Shown: positions 41,406-56,293 of the stretch, piece by piece
How positions within the stretch are numbered: position 1 is the stretch's first letter
Layout of the letters: the number at the start of each line of letters is the position of its first letter
Assembly (NCBI RefSeq): GCF_009914755.1
Contig: NC_060941.1
DNA: 64,000 bases
Direction: 5' to 3' (one strand)
Origin: the human T2T-CHM13v2.0 reference genome, Homo sapiens
The notes under the pieces: generated by a model
Databases searched by the model: none
Seen by the model: the letters and a program-made list of their open reading frames with translations, nothing else
Told to the model about the DNA's origin: nothing
Translations under genes and position numbers: made by a program

Positions 41406-42859
41406 CTAAGTCAGTCATCTTCTTTCTCCTGTGAAATCTGGAACTATCAACAGAAACTCTCCGTTGAGTTCCTGAACTGCAAGGTCGCCTGAGTGCCAAC
41501 CATACTGTTAAGCAGAGAAAGTCAGATCAGAGAGAGAGGACTGAGGCAGATGTCCCAACATTGACAGAGGAGACCACACACTGGGGAACGGGGGAGGGAA
41601 TGGGGAGAATAACTACTTCGCTTCAGATATCTTTGTGTCTCTTCGTTCTAGTTCCTTCAAGAGGCCTGAACTGTACTTTCTAATATTCTACACCTTACCA
41701 ATACATTTTTAAACCTCAAGTTATCTATTCCTTGCAACCAAATGATCCATGCCAATGACTTCACTCCTGTTCTCCAGCCTCAAATAAATGTATATTTAGT
41801 TAGTGTGAGATAATCAGAACTTTTCATTTCCCATAACTTCCTTTTCAGTACAATAGCTCAAGACAGATTTGTGTTAGACGTGACTTCCATCTCTAAATAT
41901 AACCTATTTTTTCTAATTATTAAGATAATACATAGGCATTATTATATGGTTCGAAAGATATGGGACAGCAAATCGACCACAATTTCACAATTAAACAGGA
42001 ATCACCACTAATATTTTGGCATATATATAATTTTCACACTCATACTTATAGACCCATAATTTAATGAGATTTTATATATGTGCATTATAAATATATAATA
42101 TAGACTTTTCACTTGCATATATGTATATTATATATGACTTTTTATGTTATTCTAACATATAGATATTTCCATGTCATTAACTATTCTTTAGCAATATCAC
42201 TTTGAAATATCTACATCATATTTCCTTGTAAAAATGTTTAGCTGATTGTTGAATCTTTACAGCCCTTTCACTTTTCATTATTGTAAAAAAAATCTGTAAT
42301 AAACATCCTCATGGATAAATCTTTTCACGAATCCAGAGATATTTCATTATGCAAATTCCAGGTCAAATAGTGTACACATTATTACAGCATTTACTATGTA
42401 TTGCTGCATCCATCTGCTATGGGGAGTAGATCCCACAGAGCAGGGCTGGATCTCTGTAATTCCCTTCAAATGACATTAAGCACAGAACCATGGGATTCAA
42501 TCTAGTGACATTCTGTGGTATAAAAGGCAACAAAAAACATTGCTCCAAGTTCCTATGACATGCATGCTTTGTGCCATTGGGCAAGTATCTTGGGCTTCCT
42601 AACACTTCTAGAAATCCTTTCATCTATGTCTGTCTAATGTTCTCAAGAAAATTATTGCCCATTGAATCAAGGCACTGACTACATTTTATGCTTGTGTGAA
42701 TTTTCCCAGTACTTGGGAAACACACTGGCACAAGTAGTTGGAAAAATCAGGGGCCCTGGAGTCAAAAGATTCTCAGTCTGCCTCTTGCGACCTAGGGTAG
42801 TTTACTGAATTTCTTGAAGCTTCAGTTTTCTTAACCATAGAGGTAACAGAATTTCCTCC

Positions 42860-43228
42860 ATGAAAATGGCAGACAAAAAAGCTATAAGGCATATTGAAAC
42901 AAATAGCAAAATGACAAAGTCCCTTCTTATCAGTAATTACTTTAAATGTAAATGGATTCCACTTGTATGCTATATCTAAAGTAGCCAAAATCATAGAAAC
43001 AGAAAGTAGAATCGTGATTGCCAGGGACTGAGGGAGGGAGGAAGAGAGAGTTAGTATTTAATGAGTATAAAGTTTCAGTTTTGCAAAATAAAAAGAGTTC
43101 TGGAAACAGATGGTGGTGATGGTTGTACAACAATATGAATGTACTTAACACCATTGAATTGTACACTTAAAATGGTTAAGATGGTAAATTGTATGTCATA
43201 TGTATTTTACAACAATAAAAAGTTGGTA
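42860..43228 (+). mobile_element. L1 fragments (L1MB-like 3' end) inserted in a MIR
   Basis: CTTATCAGTAATTACTTTAAATGTAAATGGA; CATAGAAACAGAAAGTAGAAT...GATGGTGGTGATGGTTGTACAAC...CACTTAAAATGGTTAAGATGGTAAAT. Confidence 0.8.
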
Positions 43229-44414
43229 AAAATTGCCCTCACGAGGTTGTGATAATTAACTAATATATGTGATGGTCACACGTGTTCATTCTCTTCCTTC
43301 CCTTACTCTTGGCTATTATGGCATGGGTGTCTAGGTGATATTGAAGGATTCTCGTTGATCTTTCTTCCCCATGTCTTCCCCAATTCCCAGAGCCTGGTGG
43401 AATATAATGTTGCTTGCTAAATGTCATAATGAAGAACTGGAGCTAACTTCTGCCTTGTGATGATTCACTGGCCTCTCATTTTGGATTTTAAGGTGCTAGA
43501 CATGAGGAGAATGCAAGATCATATTGAAGGCCATGAAGCAAACCCCAAACCAGAAGCAGGAATACACCAATGTGCCTTCTAGTTCTTCGATCTCACTTCC
43601 AGACCCCTTCTGCATACATGGCTCTGTCTTCATTCATTCATTCGCTTGGCCATTTACTCAGAACAAAACATTCAATGCACCTAACAGTGTGCTAGGAGCT
43701 GGGGACAGTATGACTTTGAACAAAGCCAGTCCCTCTCCCTGCCATCATGGAGCTCACACTCCATTATGGAGAGACCTGAATGGGGGCACAAAGTTATGGG
43801 CAATCCATAACTGCTATCATTTTCCTATGTGTTCTTACAACGAGATGCAACACCCCCTTTTCCCCACTCTTCCCATAGATACCGAAATAACATTAATTTG
43901 TATTAATCAAAAAAAGCTGTGTAGCCAGGGCATGGTTTGTTGCACTTTAATTTAAAAATAAAGGCTTGACAACGTTATGTATGATATCTGAGGGTACATC
44001 TGCACCGCAGTAATTAACATTGCAGCAGTGCCATTTTATCTCGAATGCTAATTACTGTGTTTTCAATGAACTATTTGGGTGCGCAGCATGTTGGAAAAAG
44101 TTATATTATACAGACCAGGAAACAAAACAGAATGGAGAAGTTGAAGCTGCAGGGGATATCCAGGTTGCCTCTGGCTGCCTCACAGTTCTTTTTGTTTTAT
44201 CTTAATTCACTGCAAAATAAGGTGTGAGATGGGTGTGATGTCCATTTTACCAGCAAAGGAAGTAAGCGGGGGCTGGTGAAGGTTCAGTAACTTATCCAGA
44301 ATCACACAGTGGCAGGTGGCAAACCCAGGTCTTCTGATTCCAAGACTAATGATCTCGATGTAAGCAAATGCAAGTGTCCTTGCTCATTTCAGATTAAAAA
44401 AAAATACTTTGGGG

Positions 44415-44720
44415 GGCCAGGTACTTTGGCTCATGCCTGTAATCCTAACATTTTGGGAGGTCGAGGCAGGCGGATCACCTGAGGTCAGGGGCTTGAGACC
44501 AGCCTGGCCAACATGGCGAAACCCCGTCTCTACTAAAAATACAATTAGCGGGGTGTGGTAGCAGGCACCTGCAGCTACTCGGAAGGCTGAGGCAGGAGAA
44601 TCACTTGAACCCAGGAGGCAGAGGTTGCAGTGGCTGAGATCGCGCCACTGCACTGCAGCCTGGGTGACAGAGTGAGACTGCATCTCAAAAATAAATAAAT
44701 AAATAAATAAAATAAAAAAC
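44415..44720 (+). mobile_element. AluSx-like
   Basis: Forward Alu with (TAAA)n tail and small internal deletions. Confidence 0.93.
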
Positions 44721-45585
44721 AAGTAAATAAAAAATATGTTGGGGATTTTCATTTCTTCTCCAGTCTCTATTTGCAGATCTTAGGCAGTTCCAGAAAAAGT
44801 GGGATCTTTTTCAGGAAAAGAGAGGACTATAATTGGATGCTAGCCTGCTGAAGTTCATCCCAGGAGGAGGCTTCGAGAAACCTGAAGGTCAAGGAAGTCC
44901 CTCAATTTCCTCACCTGCGGAATTCATACTGGTTTGAGACTGGTTGGAGCTACGTATATTGAGGGAAGCAGGTAATAGGTGCTCCACAGATGTGCCTGTC
45001 CAGGTTGTATGTCAATCAATATTATCTTGATAACTTGAGACCATCTAGAAGCACTATGTTCTTTTGCAAAGCAAAAATTGTATGCCTGGTGTATTTATTT
45101 TGCAAAATTAGATGTCTTTGCATAGCAAACACAGTGCTTTGCAGCAGTCAGTGATTTGGGGCCTCTAATAAATGTGGTCATCTTTTTTCATTCTGGTGAC
45201 ACTATCATGTTTAGAGGGAAATAAATTTGGTCAATGTATTTTTAAGGTAGGAAAAATTTTCATTCTTTGAAATTCAGCCACAATCCTGTTCATAAAGATG
45301 GCATCTTGGTTAGAACTTTACTGGGTGCCACAGGGGGTGGCGGTAAATTCTGAACCTGAATTTTCTCTGTTAATCATCACAATTTCTCCCTCACCAAACC
45401 CAGCACCATTTGCTTATTCTCAGTGGGAAGATATTAGGCTAAACCCATATGTGGAGGGAAGGCCTCCCACAGGGCATACCTGTCTTACCTGGTTTCTATG
45501 GCACTTTCCATAGAAGCAAACTGCCATCAGTCGGGGGCCAGAACTTGACCTCAGCTATCTTTGGCTCTAAAGCCTGTGCTTTTAA

Positions 45586-45924
<339 letters not shown>

Positions 45925-46020
45925 TAACAATGTAATATTACAGAATTTTCTTCAAGAGGTGGGTTGAGAGTGTAGGAGCCTCACAGTAGTTTGGAGCTCA
46001 GGATGTTTAGGATTACTTAC

Positions 46021-46153
46021 TGTTTACTCAGGGTTCTCTAGAGAAACAGAATAGTGTGTGTGTGTGTGTGTGTGTGTACATATATATGTATAAAGACGGG
46101 TAAAATAAAGAGACAACACATGCGCACACACACATACATACTACTGTGTGTGT

Positions 46154-46215
<62 letters not shown>

Positions 46216-46558
46216 AAAATAAAGAGATTTTAAGAAATTGTCTCATCTAATTATGGACATTGGCAAGTCCAAAAGCCTGCAGGCTGGAGGCAAGAGCTGA
46301 TGCTGTAGTTTACCTCTGAAGGTACCCTGCAGAATTCCTTTTCATTCAGGGAGGTCAGTCTTTTTGATCTCTTGAGGCCTTCCACTGATTGGATGAGGCC
46401 CATCAACCTTATGCAGGGCAATCTGCTTTACTCAAATTCCACTGATTTAAATGTTTATCTCATCCATAGACATTCTCACAGAAATATCCCAATTAATGTT
46501 TGACCAAATATTTGAGTGCCATGGCCCAGCCAAGTTAACACATCAATTAACCACTACA
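46021..46558 (-). mobile_element. MLT2 (C/D-like) solo LTR with internal microsatellites
   Basis: TGTTTACTCAGGGTTCTCTAGAGAAACAGAA...CCCAGCCAAGTTAACACATCAATTAACCACTACA; 5-bp TSD CTTAC / CTTAT. Confidence 0.82.
46157..46210. repeat. Perfect (AT)27 microsatellite; (GT)12 at 46054-46077
   Basis: Read directly. Confidence 0.95.
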
Positions 46559-48234
46559 CTTATTTTCAAATTCTATTTGCCTTCTTTATTACATCAGTTC
46601 AAATAGCTCTTAACCAAATAGTTGTTCTGATACCACACATAAAGGGTTATATATATAATACAAATATGCGTGTGTGTATATATACATGCATATATTATAT
46701 AGCTACATTATCTATATCTGTATATATTATATATACACATATGTATATTATATATGATACAAACACATATGCATTTTATCTATATATTTCCTACATCACA
46801 TAATTTTAGAAGTCAGCTACACAAAGACTGTTTTCCAAATGTCAGTCACATAGAAGGAGAACCAGTTTGAAAAGATGTACATCTGAATGATAGAACAATT
46901 ATAAAGAAATAATTTAACTTTTCTTGTTAAAGAACAAGGCAGGTTTATCCTTGAGTATAGATGGGACCATGGAGATTATTTTGATGTAAATCCCCTATTG
47001 TTTTGGGTCTTAGATGTTGTATAAACTCATATTTTGAGATAACAAAGAGGAAGAGGTATATCTTTTTATAAAGACCAATTCACAAAATACACATGTCAAA
47101 GGTCTTTTGGTTTAATGGAGATAGCGCTTGTAGGGTGGATGTTTACTGCAGAAAGCTAAGCTAGAGGAAATCTTACCTTCAGAAATTCCAAAAGATTCAA
47201 TAAGTAGCTACTTGCTTGATGTGACACAAAGATTATGTGAGGTTTCCGATATGTTCTCTCTCAAGGCAGTCTGACTCAGATCTCCTCTAATATAGTAAAA
47301 AATAATTCTCTACAGCTTAAATGGAAATATAACACTAAAAATGGAGTAGCTGAGAGGAAATAGAATTTCAGTCATGCAGAAGGAAGAGATGGCCTATCTG
47401 ACGTGTACAGGAGCTACTTGCATTCTTAACCCAGTTAGTTAGGAAAGGAAGGGTGGAGGACACCTACTAATTGGAGGATTTACTATGTGTCAGATGTTGT
47501 ACCACTTTTTAGATTAGAAAACCAGGTACAGGTCGGCTAAGAATTCTACTCAAAGATACAAAAGGAATAAGTGAGGGGACTAGAATTCAAGTCTTCATGA
47601 CCCAAGCTCATGCTCTTCCCAGGGTCTCAAGGAGTAGCTTCAAAGTCACTGTAGAGAGGGTGCACTCCCATTTCTCAGTGACCATGTACATTTCAGAAAT
47701 TTCATAATGTCCTTTTTATTTATTTACTATTCTATATGGAATTGGCACCTGGGCCCTGTTCACTGGTAACATAGAAGAGCCGGCATTCTTGCCTTTGAGA
47801 TTTGGGATACAGTCTTCTTCAGCAGATTTTTTTTTTTTTTAACCAACAAGAATGAGCTTGAATCAACAGATTTTCTTTTACTATAACTATAAAAATACAT
47901 AACTATAAACACGCTGGGAGCTGATAGACCACAACATCCACAACAGCGGCTTGACTGTGGTGTACTCTGGGCTGTGTACTCAGTCCCTTTCCATCATCAT
48001 CTCATTTCACCCTTATGCTGCCCAGGTGAGGAAGGCATTATCCATATTCTGCATATGAGGAGACAGAAGCTCAAAGGGGTTAAAGGATTTTTACTTAAAG
48101 CACCACAGTTAGAAATTGGCAGTCCCAGAATTCTAGCCCAGGCCTATTTGACTGCACATTCTATAGCTCTTTAAAAGAGAAGAAGTCAGAAGTTGGTAGG
48201 AAGAGTGCTGAGTGCTGGGGAAATGAGGTAGTTG

Positions 48235-48538
<304 letters not shown>

Positions 48539-51118
48539 ATGAGATGAGGTAGTTTTTAAAAAGCTTCTGGGGTTAGGGATCAATTCTTAATTAAAATATG
48601 ATGTCTGCATGGATATGCCAGGTTGGGTTTAATGTATCCAGACCTGGTCTAGACCCAGGGTGGCAGGGCAGTTCCAGTCCCCGCTTGCTGGGAGTTGAGA
48701 GATGGGTCATACCTGCCTCTCCTAGTGTTGGCTGAGCAACTGGGTGGCTGAGCCCAAAATGTTGGGAGGCCACTCAGTGAAGAAGATTCAACGGCCGTGT
48801 CATGAATTAGGTGACCTTTCTTTGCAACCGAAGTTTCCTGTTATATGTCTCTGGCCACTCTGCTGAGGTGTGTAATAGGCTTTCTTTGCAATGTAATTAG
48901 TGAGTCTGAGATTTAAGAACACCACTTAGTCTAGTTTTCTGCAAAGTAGCTCAAGAGATCAAAGGGCTGATTTGTAAAGAGTGAATACAAAAAGCCAGTG
49001 TGCTGCCTGCTCACATGGGCACTCTGGAAGCATCGACGCAAGAAAAAAAAATTAGTACCAAAAACTGGAGTCAAATCATTGGCTTCGGTGCAGCATAGCA
49101 GACACACAGATTAGCAAACTTAGGGGCGTATGGATTCTAAAGCTAAAGGACTTCAGAGATCATCAAGCTCTTATTCAATAAACCAGGAAACTGAGACACA
49201 GAGTGGTTGAGTGAGTCGTCCAGGATTATGCAAACAAGTAGCAAACCCAAGATTAGAAATCAACCCACTGAGTGTTTCTTGCTTTATGTAGCACTCTTCC
49301 CCCTCCTCTTATTCTCTTGCTTTTCCTTTAAATTATCTTATGCTGAGGGTACCTAAGAATACTGACTCAAAGTTAGAAATGCTAGAGTACTATAATAAGT
49401 GTGTGTATACACAACTACCATAGCCTATAGAAAAACAGAAACAATTCAAGTTGACATCTGGACCTGCCATTTACATGACATGTATCTAGATACTGGGCTC
49501 TTCTCACTGTTTGTCCAGATGTTTTATGCTATGTAGCTTTCATAGTATTGATTAGAAATGGAAAAGATTAGAGGCTAGATAAGAGCATGGTGGCAGAGGG
49601 TGTGGAGCTTTAGGAGTAGGCCTTTTTTTTTTCTTTTGCAATGCATCTTTGAAAGAAAGCAGAAGGGAAATATTTGGAGCTCGTAGGCTGGGGCTGTTAG
49701 GAAAAGAGTGGCTTAGATGTAGGTAAATAAGAAAATGGAACCAGACTGGAGCGATCTGCTTCGAGTTACCATTGGTGGGATTGGGTAGGAGAGTTGATGT
49801 ACTTCTGAGATCTCACCCACTACTCTTAACCCTGCAGGGAAAATAGTGGGTTTTTTTCCCTTAGTAATGCTAAGTTTACGCTGATCTTTCTCTTACCTAT
49901 CCATCTGAGTCAGCCTGTGTTTCCTCTGTAAAAAGGATAGGATTTTGGCATCTACACTGAAAAACTAGATGAAATGATCACATGCACTGCTTATTATATT
50001 AAATCATATTATTATTAAAAGCATTGAATCTGTTTTTGATAATATTGACTCTTCAAATAATACATGATTTATTTGCACACTCTGCAGGGATGCTAGGTAG
50101 CACCATTGCAGTGAAGCATCTCTTCAACTTGATTGATCTTGGTAATGACAAAAGACACAGAGAACAGGTGTGAAAGATATTGCTTGGTTCACTAAGGCGT
50201 GGGCTAAATCAAGAGAATGCTCCCTTTCCTCCATCCAACCCAAGGATACCATGGGCTCATGGCTGGCATTAGGCTGAACATGTTCTTGCCACACGTAGTC
50301 ATTGGCGCTGAAGCCCTTCACCTATTTCAGGCTGCCCAGCCTCTGACCAGGAAGGCACACTTCAGAGAGTGGTATCTGGAATGAGTTTTTCCCTCACAAT
50401 CCTGGTATGTAGGTTTCCGGGGGGTGAGTCCCATGTATTTCTTTCCTACTGAACCACCACTGCCAACCAATGGTTTTATTAGTTTAATATTGTTATTTTA
50501 ATAATTTAGTATTATAAACAAAATTTAAATTTGTTAATTTGTCTTCTGTGTCTGCTTAGCTGCCTTATGAACATTAAAAATCCTGACACAAAACCTTCGA
50601 GGTCAGCATGAGCTTCCCATTTTCCAGTAAGAGGGTGGTGCCACATGCTCAGCTCATATGGCCAGTGGGTTCAAGAGCCAGACTGTGAATGCAAGACTGT
50701 CCGATTTCAAAGTCAATCTCCTTATGCTTCACTGTGCTTCTCTTAAGTGTCAACAAGCAGGCCTAATCCGTATGACCCCAGTTCAGTGTGGGTTTCTGGT
50801 TTAGTTCTCCAATTCCTTTACCTGGGTTAAAATTCGGCTTTAAACCTTAGCCCACTAGCATGTGGAGAGCCTGGAGAGTTCTTGTCAAGCCCCTCATTGT
50901 TGGTTGTCTGGATCAATTTTTTTTTCTTACTTCTTAGTGAGTGGCTGGAGTCTTATGCCAACTGGATAAAGTTATTGGAACCAAGATGGTACCAGCTGAT
51001 TGATTAGCAGTATGCCCCCAATGGAATTGCCTGTGCTGCTGCTCCTTTCATGAGTTGGGGGCTCACCTTGGCTATCTATGCCAGCCGAAATCAAGATTGG
51101 GTTGAGTACACTTCTTTG

Positions 51119-51121
<3 letters not shown>

Positions 51122-51153
<32 letters not shown>

Positions 51154-51262
51154 TAAAATATATTTTAATATATCAAATATATTTAATATATGTAAATATG
51201 TAATATATAAAATATTTAATATTTTATTATATATAATAATCTATATTTAATATATTTTTTTT
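51122..51262. repeat. (TG)15 followed by AT-rich low-complexity DNA
   Basis: Read directly. Confidence 0.9.
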
Positions 51263-52483
51263 GGTAAGGATAATATAGGCATGATTGGATGTATATTTAC
51301 CAGCCTTGATTCCTGCCATATCTCAGCACCTGAACAATGTTTGGTTTCCATTTGTTGGATGAAAATGGATAAGGTTTTGCTTTGAGCATCATCTGGGTAC
51401 CTGGTCCAAGCTCCACCCCCCATTCTGCCTCAGTAGGTCTGAGGTGGGACTCAGGAATCTGATGTCTTCCTCTTCTGAGCTTCCTTTGATGTTCATTTGA
51501 GCTGAGTCTGACAGTTCTTCAGTGCAGTGGGGAAGGGGTACAGTAATATAGAGTGACTTTTTTTTTATCCTTTCTCCATCCTCCCTTCGTGCCTTAAGGA
51601 ATTGCTTTGATAATTATAAAGATATAGCACTAAAGCTCTTTCTAAATATATGTAGTGGGTTATACATTGATTCATCTTCAGGCCACTGTTTTTCCCTAAA
51701 CTACGAAAATTCAAGGTTAGGCTGCTTTAATTAACATACTAAAACTTGCCTTAGAAAGCTTATTTCTAGTTTAATGTCATTTAATTCAATCCCTGATTCA
51801 CAGGGCTTCAGGCAAATAACTCCCGATCTCCAGTTATTTTATCTCCAAAGAGGAAAATGCCTTTTAAGGGGTGCCTGTGGAACACAGTGGCACACAGGAC
51901 ACTGGCAGGGTCCATAGATCCTTCTTAACATTCCCCGTGTGGTCATCACTGGTCAGATGTCAGAATCCTTGATGCCAGTTTTTCAAAGTAGAAATAGCAA
52001 ATGTTTGGGGGATAATTAGATAGTAAGTCTTTGCTCATTCGTCATTTCATTGTATGCAAGTTAAGTATGTAACATTTATTTCCCATGGTGTCCTTGCCCC
52101 TATAGGCTCTCTCTCACTATGACTGCTGTGCTCTAGGACACACTGAAGACAGCCACAGTGGTCAGCAGACAGGGTAAATCAGTGAGACAGGCCAGGTGTG
52201 TGACAGCAGGGAGCGGTGGAGATGGTGGCGGTATGGAGGAGCATCATCTCTCATCTCTTGGATGTCTTTGGGGCAGTATTCAGGACACTGGGAGATGGCC
52301 TCTGGAGGAGGAACAGAGAGAAATGCAGGAAAAGGAGGGGATGGGATGCGAGACTTACTTTTCATTTTGTGCTCTTTCATATTGTTTGAATTTTAAAAAT
52401 AAACAGAATGATTTTTAAAATGAAATGAAAGACTCTGTAGACAATCACATCTGATGGTATAACCTGGGATGTGTGCTACAAGA

Positions 52484-52799
52484 GTCCTGTCCAATACAGC
52501 AGCTATCCAAAAGAAACAGAAGGCAAGCTACATCTGTAATTTTTAAATTTTCTAGTAGCCACATTAATGAAACAAAACAGTGAGATTAACATTAGGAGTT
52601 TATTTCATGTAACCCAATATATCCAAAATATTATTTCAACATGTAATCGATATAATAATTATGAATGAGGTGTTTTATATTCATTTTTCATAAATCTTGG
52701 AAATTTAATATGTATTTTATACTCAAAACACATTACAATTCGAACTCACCACATTTCAATCGCGGCATGTGGCTAGTGGCTGCCATACTGGAAGTGCAG
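52484..52799. mobile_element. MER33-like hAT-Charlie element
   Basis: CTGTCCAATA...AAATTTTCTAGTAGCCACATT...ACCCAATATATCCAAAATATTATTTCAACATGTAATC...CATGTGGCTAGTGGCT. Confidence 0.75.
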
Positions 52800-53992
52800 C
52801 CTGGTCGGGTCAGTCTTCCTTCCCAAGCTGCCCTCCCTTATGCGAACACAGCTATATTAAGGAGTGGCCGGCTGGGCAGCTGCTGAGGATACCAGGCTCT
52901 GAGGAGGCTTAAACACTCCATGAATAAATTAGGCATCTAATGCCAGTAACTTATATTTGTTTCCTACCCCCAAAACAGACAGATAGCCCTCTATCTGTTG
53001 AGGTTTTTTTCTTTTTGAGTGTGTGATTCATATTGCAAGTTTTATGGGCCAACCACCCTGGGAGCAGCCAAGTGACAGTTGCCTGGGTTGGCAGTTAGAA
53101 TCTATTGATGTTGAAACTCAGTAGTGCATAGCTTAGTGCTATTTACTAGGAATACATAATGTGTCCCATTATCTAAATTATAAACCTCTTAATATCTCTC
53201 CTAAGAATTTGGTTGAATCTGAAAATCATTTAAAAAAACTGAAAAGATAAATGACATAAAAGTGGGAAACCTTTTGTTCACAGGTATATTTGTTGGGAGA
53301 TGATGGAAGAATTCCCAGGGGCTTTCATTTCACTGCTTCTTCCTCCTCCCAAGATTACCTAATCCTTGCTCCCATCTTGAAGGTCAATCATTTATTCTAT
53401 TCATCAAAGCTCCTAGTTTTGTCAGTTAATGACTATGCATTTGGTATTTCACATTGCTGTCCAGTTTTCAAGTATTTGCATTTCTCAGTGGCTCTGCAAG
53501 TGTAATGAACATTTGCTGTGCCGTGGAAGCAAGGCGTAGGGTCCTAAACTGATATATAGACATCATCCACAACCAAAATCCAAACAGGTCTCTACCCTTC
53601 AGGCACTTATTATTGGATTTACCACTGATGCTATTTACAACTGAAGCCCTTAACAAGTGAGGTGTGACCATAGAAAAAGACACCAGTTTCTAGAAACTGC
53701 ATGCATCCTTTCTAGAAGCAAGCAACCAAGGAGACTGCATTTTCTAACTAGAGATCATATCTAGATATACTAATAATAATAATCCATCAATATCACTACC
53801 ATCTACAGAGCTCTATATGGCTGCAACTATGCATGCATTAGCAACTTGATCCTTGCCACTACCTCATGAAGTGGATATTTTTATTATCACCATTTGATGA
53901 AGAAACTGAGGCTCAGTGAGGGTAAATAGGCCACAGATCTGTAAGTGTAATAGATAATACATGTGAAAGAGCCCATGCCTGGTGAGCTGCTG

Positions 53993-54181
53993 TATTGGCT
54001 GTAAGGAGGAGAGATGATTTTTGTCCATGGGTACTGGGGCATTTCCTGGAGGAGTAGGCATTTGAAATGGGTGTTGGAGCATGGGTTATTGGCTCTAAGG
54101 AGGAGAGATGATTTGTGTCCAGGGGTACAACAGGCATTTCCCAGAGGAGTGGGCATTTGAAATGTGTCTTTGAGCACGGGT
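53993..54181. repeat. Tandem duplication, two diverged ~94-bp units
   Basis: Both units begin TATTGGCT(G/C)TAAGGAGGAGAGATGATTT (53993, 54087) and end GAGCA(T/C)GGGT. Confidence 0.9.
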
Positions 54182-56293
54182 AGGATGTAGGCATCTGGAG
54201 ATGCCTAGAATAGGGAATAAAATCAGTGAAGACTTGGGAATGGGCAAATATAAGGCACACAAAGGGAGTGGCAATTGTCATGAGTCCAGTGTTCCCAGAG
54301 TGATTGGAACAGGAGCAGCTGCGGGGAGGGGTTTGCACAGAAGATCGGTGACAGTAGGTGCCAAACACCCACTGTGTGACAGATTCTTTGCTAGGGCTTC
54401 ACACAGTTCTATTATTTACTTTCCACCAAAATCTGTATGGTAGGAAGTATTACTATCTCTGAGTCACAAATAAGGAACACCAGACTCTGAGGGGTTAAAT
54501 AACTTGCTCAGGTCATACACTAGCAAGAAAAGGAGGGAGAATTTGAATGCACATCTGTCCAACCCTTTCCACTGCAAAATGAAACAAATCATGTTTTAAA
54601 AAGACACTTTTCCGAGGAAATAATGTCCTGCTTTTATGCTCTGCCCTGTGACACCAATTCTCCAGAGTTGCTACATTTCTATATCGAGGCAAGCCCCCAC
54701 TCTTGGTGCCTCCTCTGTGATGTGCACCCCCACCTCCACTCCCACCGCACCTCTTTCAATGGTCTTCTCCCTCTTGCCTGGTCTTTGCCTAATAGGAATA
54801 AAACATAAAAATCAAAACCCAAGAAAAGCCCAATGTCATGATTATCAAGTAGCTCACAGCACCAGCTAGGATTTTACCTTAGGGGTGAGAAGATTTATAT
54901 TGCAATAATCAATATCTCAGAAATATGTGGCTCACTTTCTGCAACTGACATTCCATTTCATGGCTTCAAAGCAATGGTTACATCAGCCAGTTTGCGTCTT
55001 TAATATAGTGAAATGCCTACTGAGGGAAGTCGGTGGAGCATGTGCTGTGGGGGTGGGGAGTCTTTATTGCCATCTAATGACCCTAAAATCAGCTCTCTGG
55101 TTATCCAGCACGGGAAAGCAAATGGAACCTTCCATCTCATCCATGACAAAAGTATTGAGTGGTTCTGAAGTTATTTGTACAATTGATCCAGCTAATATCA
55201 GGAAAGCATGTTCACCAGATGAATTAGAGACAGTTAAATGCAATTCTGTGCTCCTGTTTTCTATACACAGAAGACAATCATAAACCCAGAGGGTCCAAAT
55301 GAAATCATCTGACCCATTTTAACACCCTTTCCGTCCCACATTCACCATTCTAGTCCACTGAAAAGCCTCTCAGATTTCCACTCGATGAGGTGATTTCATG
55401 GTGCATTTCTGCTATGCAATCCCCCTACCTCTTTTACTGTCAATGAACTTAAATGCTCACAGCAAAACTTATTTTCATGAGTTCCTTTCAGTTGCTTATA
55501 TACACACACACACTTAGCAGAGTAACCTTTCCTTCTTCTCCTTCTTCACCTCTGACATACACTCATTCAACAATTTAAAGAAATTCCACCTCCTAAAAAC
55601 CCTCTGTAATCTGCCCATTCTCTCTGTCTCTGCTAATGTATCTTATTCTATCCCTCATCTTATTCTGACCCCTCCTCTCTGTCCCCCAGACATGGCCCAA
55701 CTTAAGCCCTTATTTTACCATATTTCCTGAAATATGCCATAGGTTGTGAAATATATCCTGATTTTATGAACCACCATGAAAGTAAAAAAAAAAAAACTCT
55801 ACAAATAAAATAAAATAAAATAAAATATGCCATTGTTTGTAGGAGGCCTCCTAAAGAGATGTTGAAACATGAAAAAAATGTGCATCTTAAATGGATGATA
55901 CACAGTATCTCTATGAAACTCTTATCATTGTCTCCTGACTGCTCATGCCAACAATCTTGTAGTGGCACAACAGGCCCTTCACAATCAGGCTCTGAGCTGC
56001 ATCTCCTTTTCCTAGGCTTGCAAAGCCCCTTCTCATTTGTCAAGACCACCTCCTCAAAGTCCTTTGAAACCCCACAGGCTTGGTGATGATGCTTCCCTGA
56101 GTTCCTATGACTTCCTTAACTTAAGCGTAATAACACATAAACATAGCTTTGTAATTATCTGCCCCCATGTCCCACTATGAGAAATCCTTGGAGAAAAGGC
56201 TATGTGTCTCCTTCACCTCCATATCCCCAGTCCCTGACACAGGACAGGGCAGGTCCTCCTTGAATTGCTGAATGCAATGGACTGTGTGATACA

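Noticed and set aside
53864-54443. Cluster of overlapping ORFs with internal peptide repeats
   Set aside because: Explained by the 94-bp tandem duplication; no recognisable domain or splice structure.
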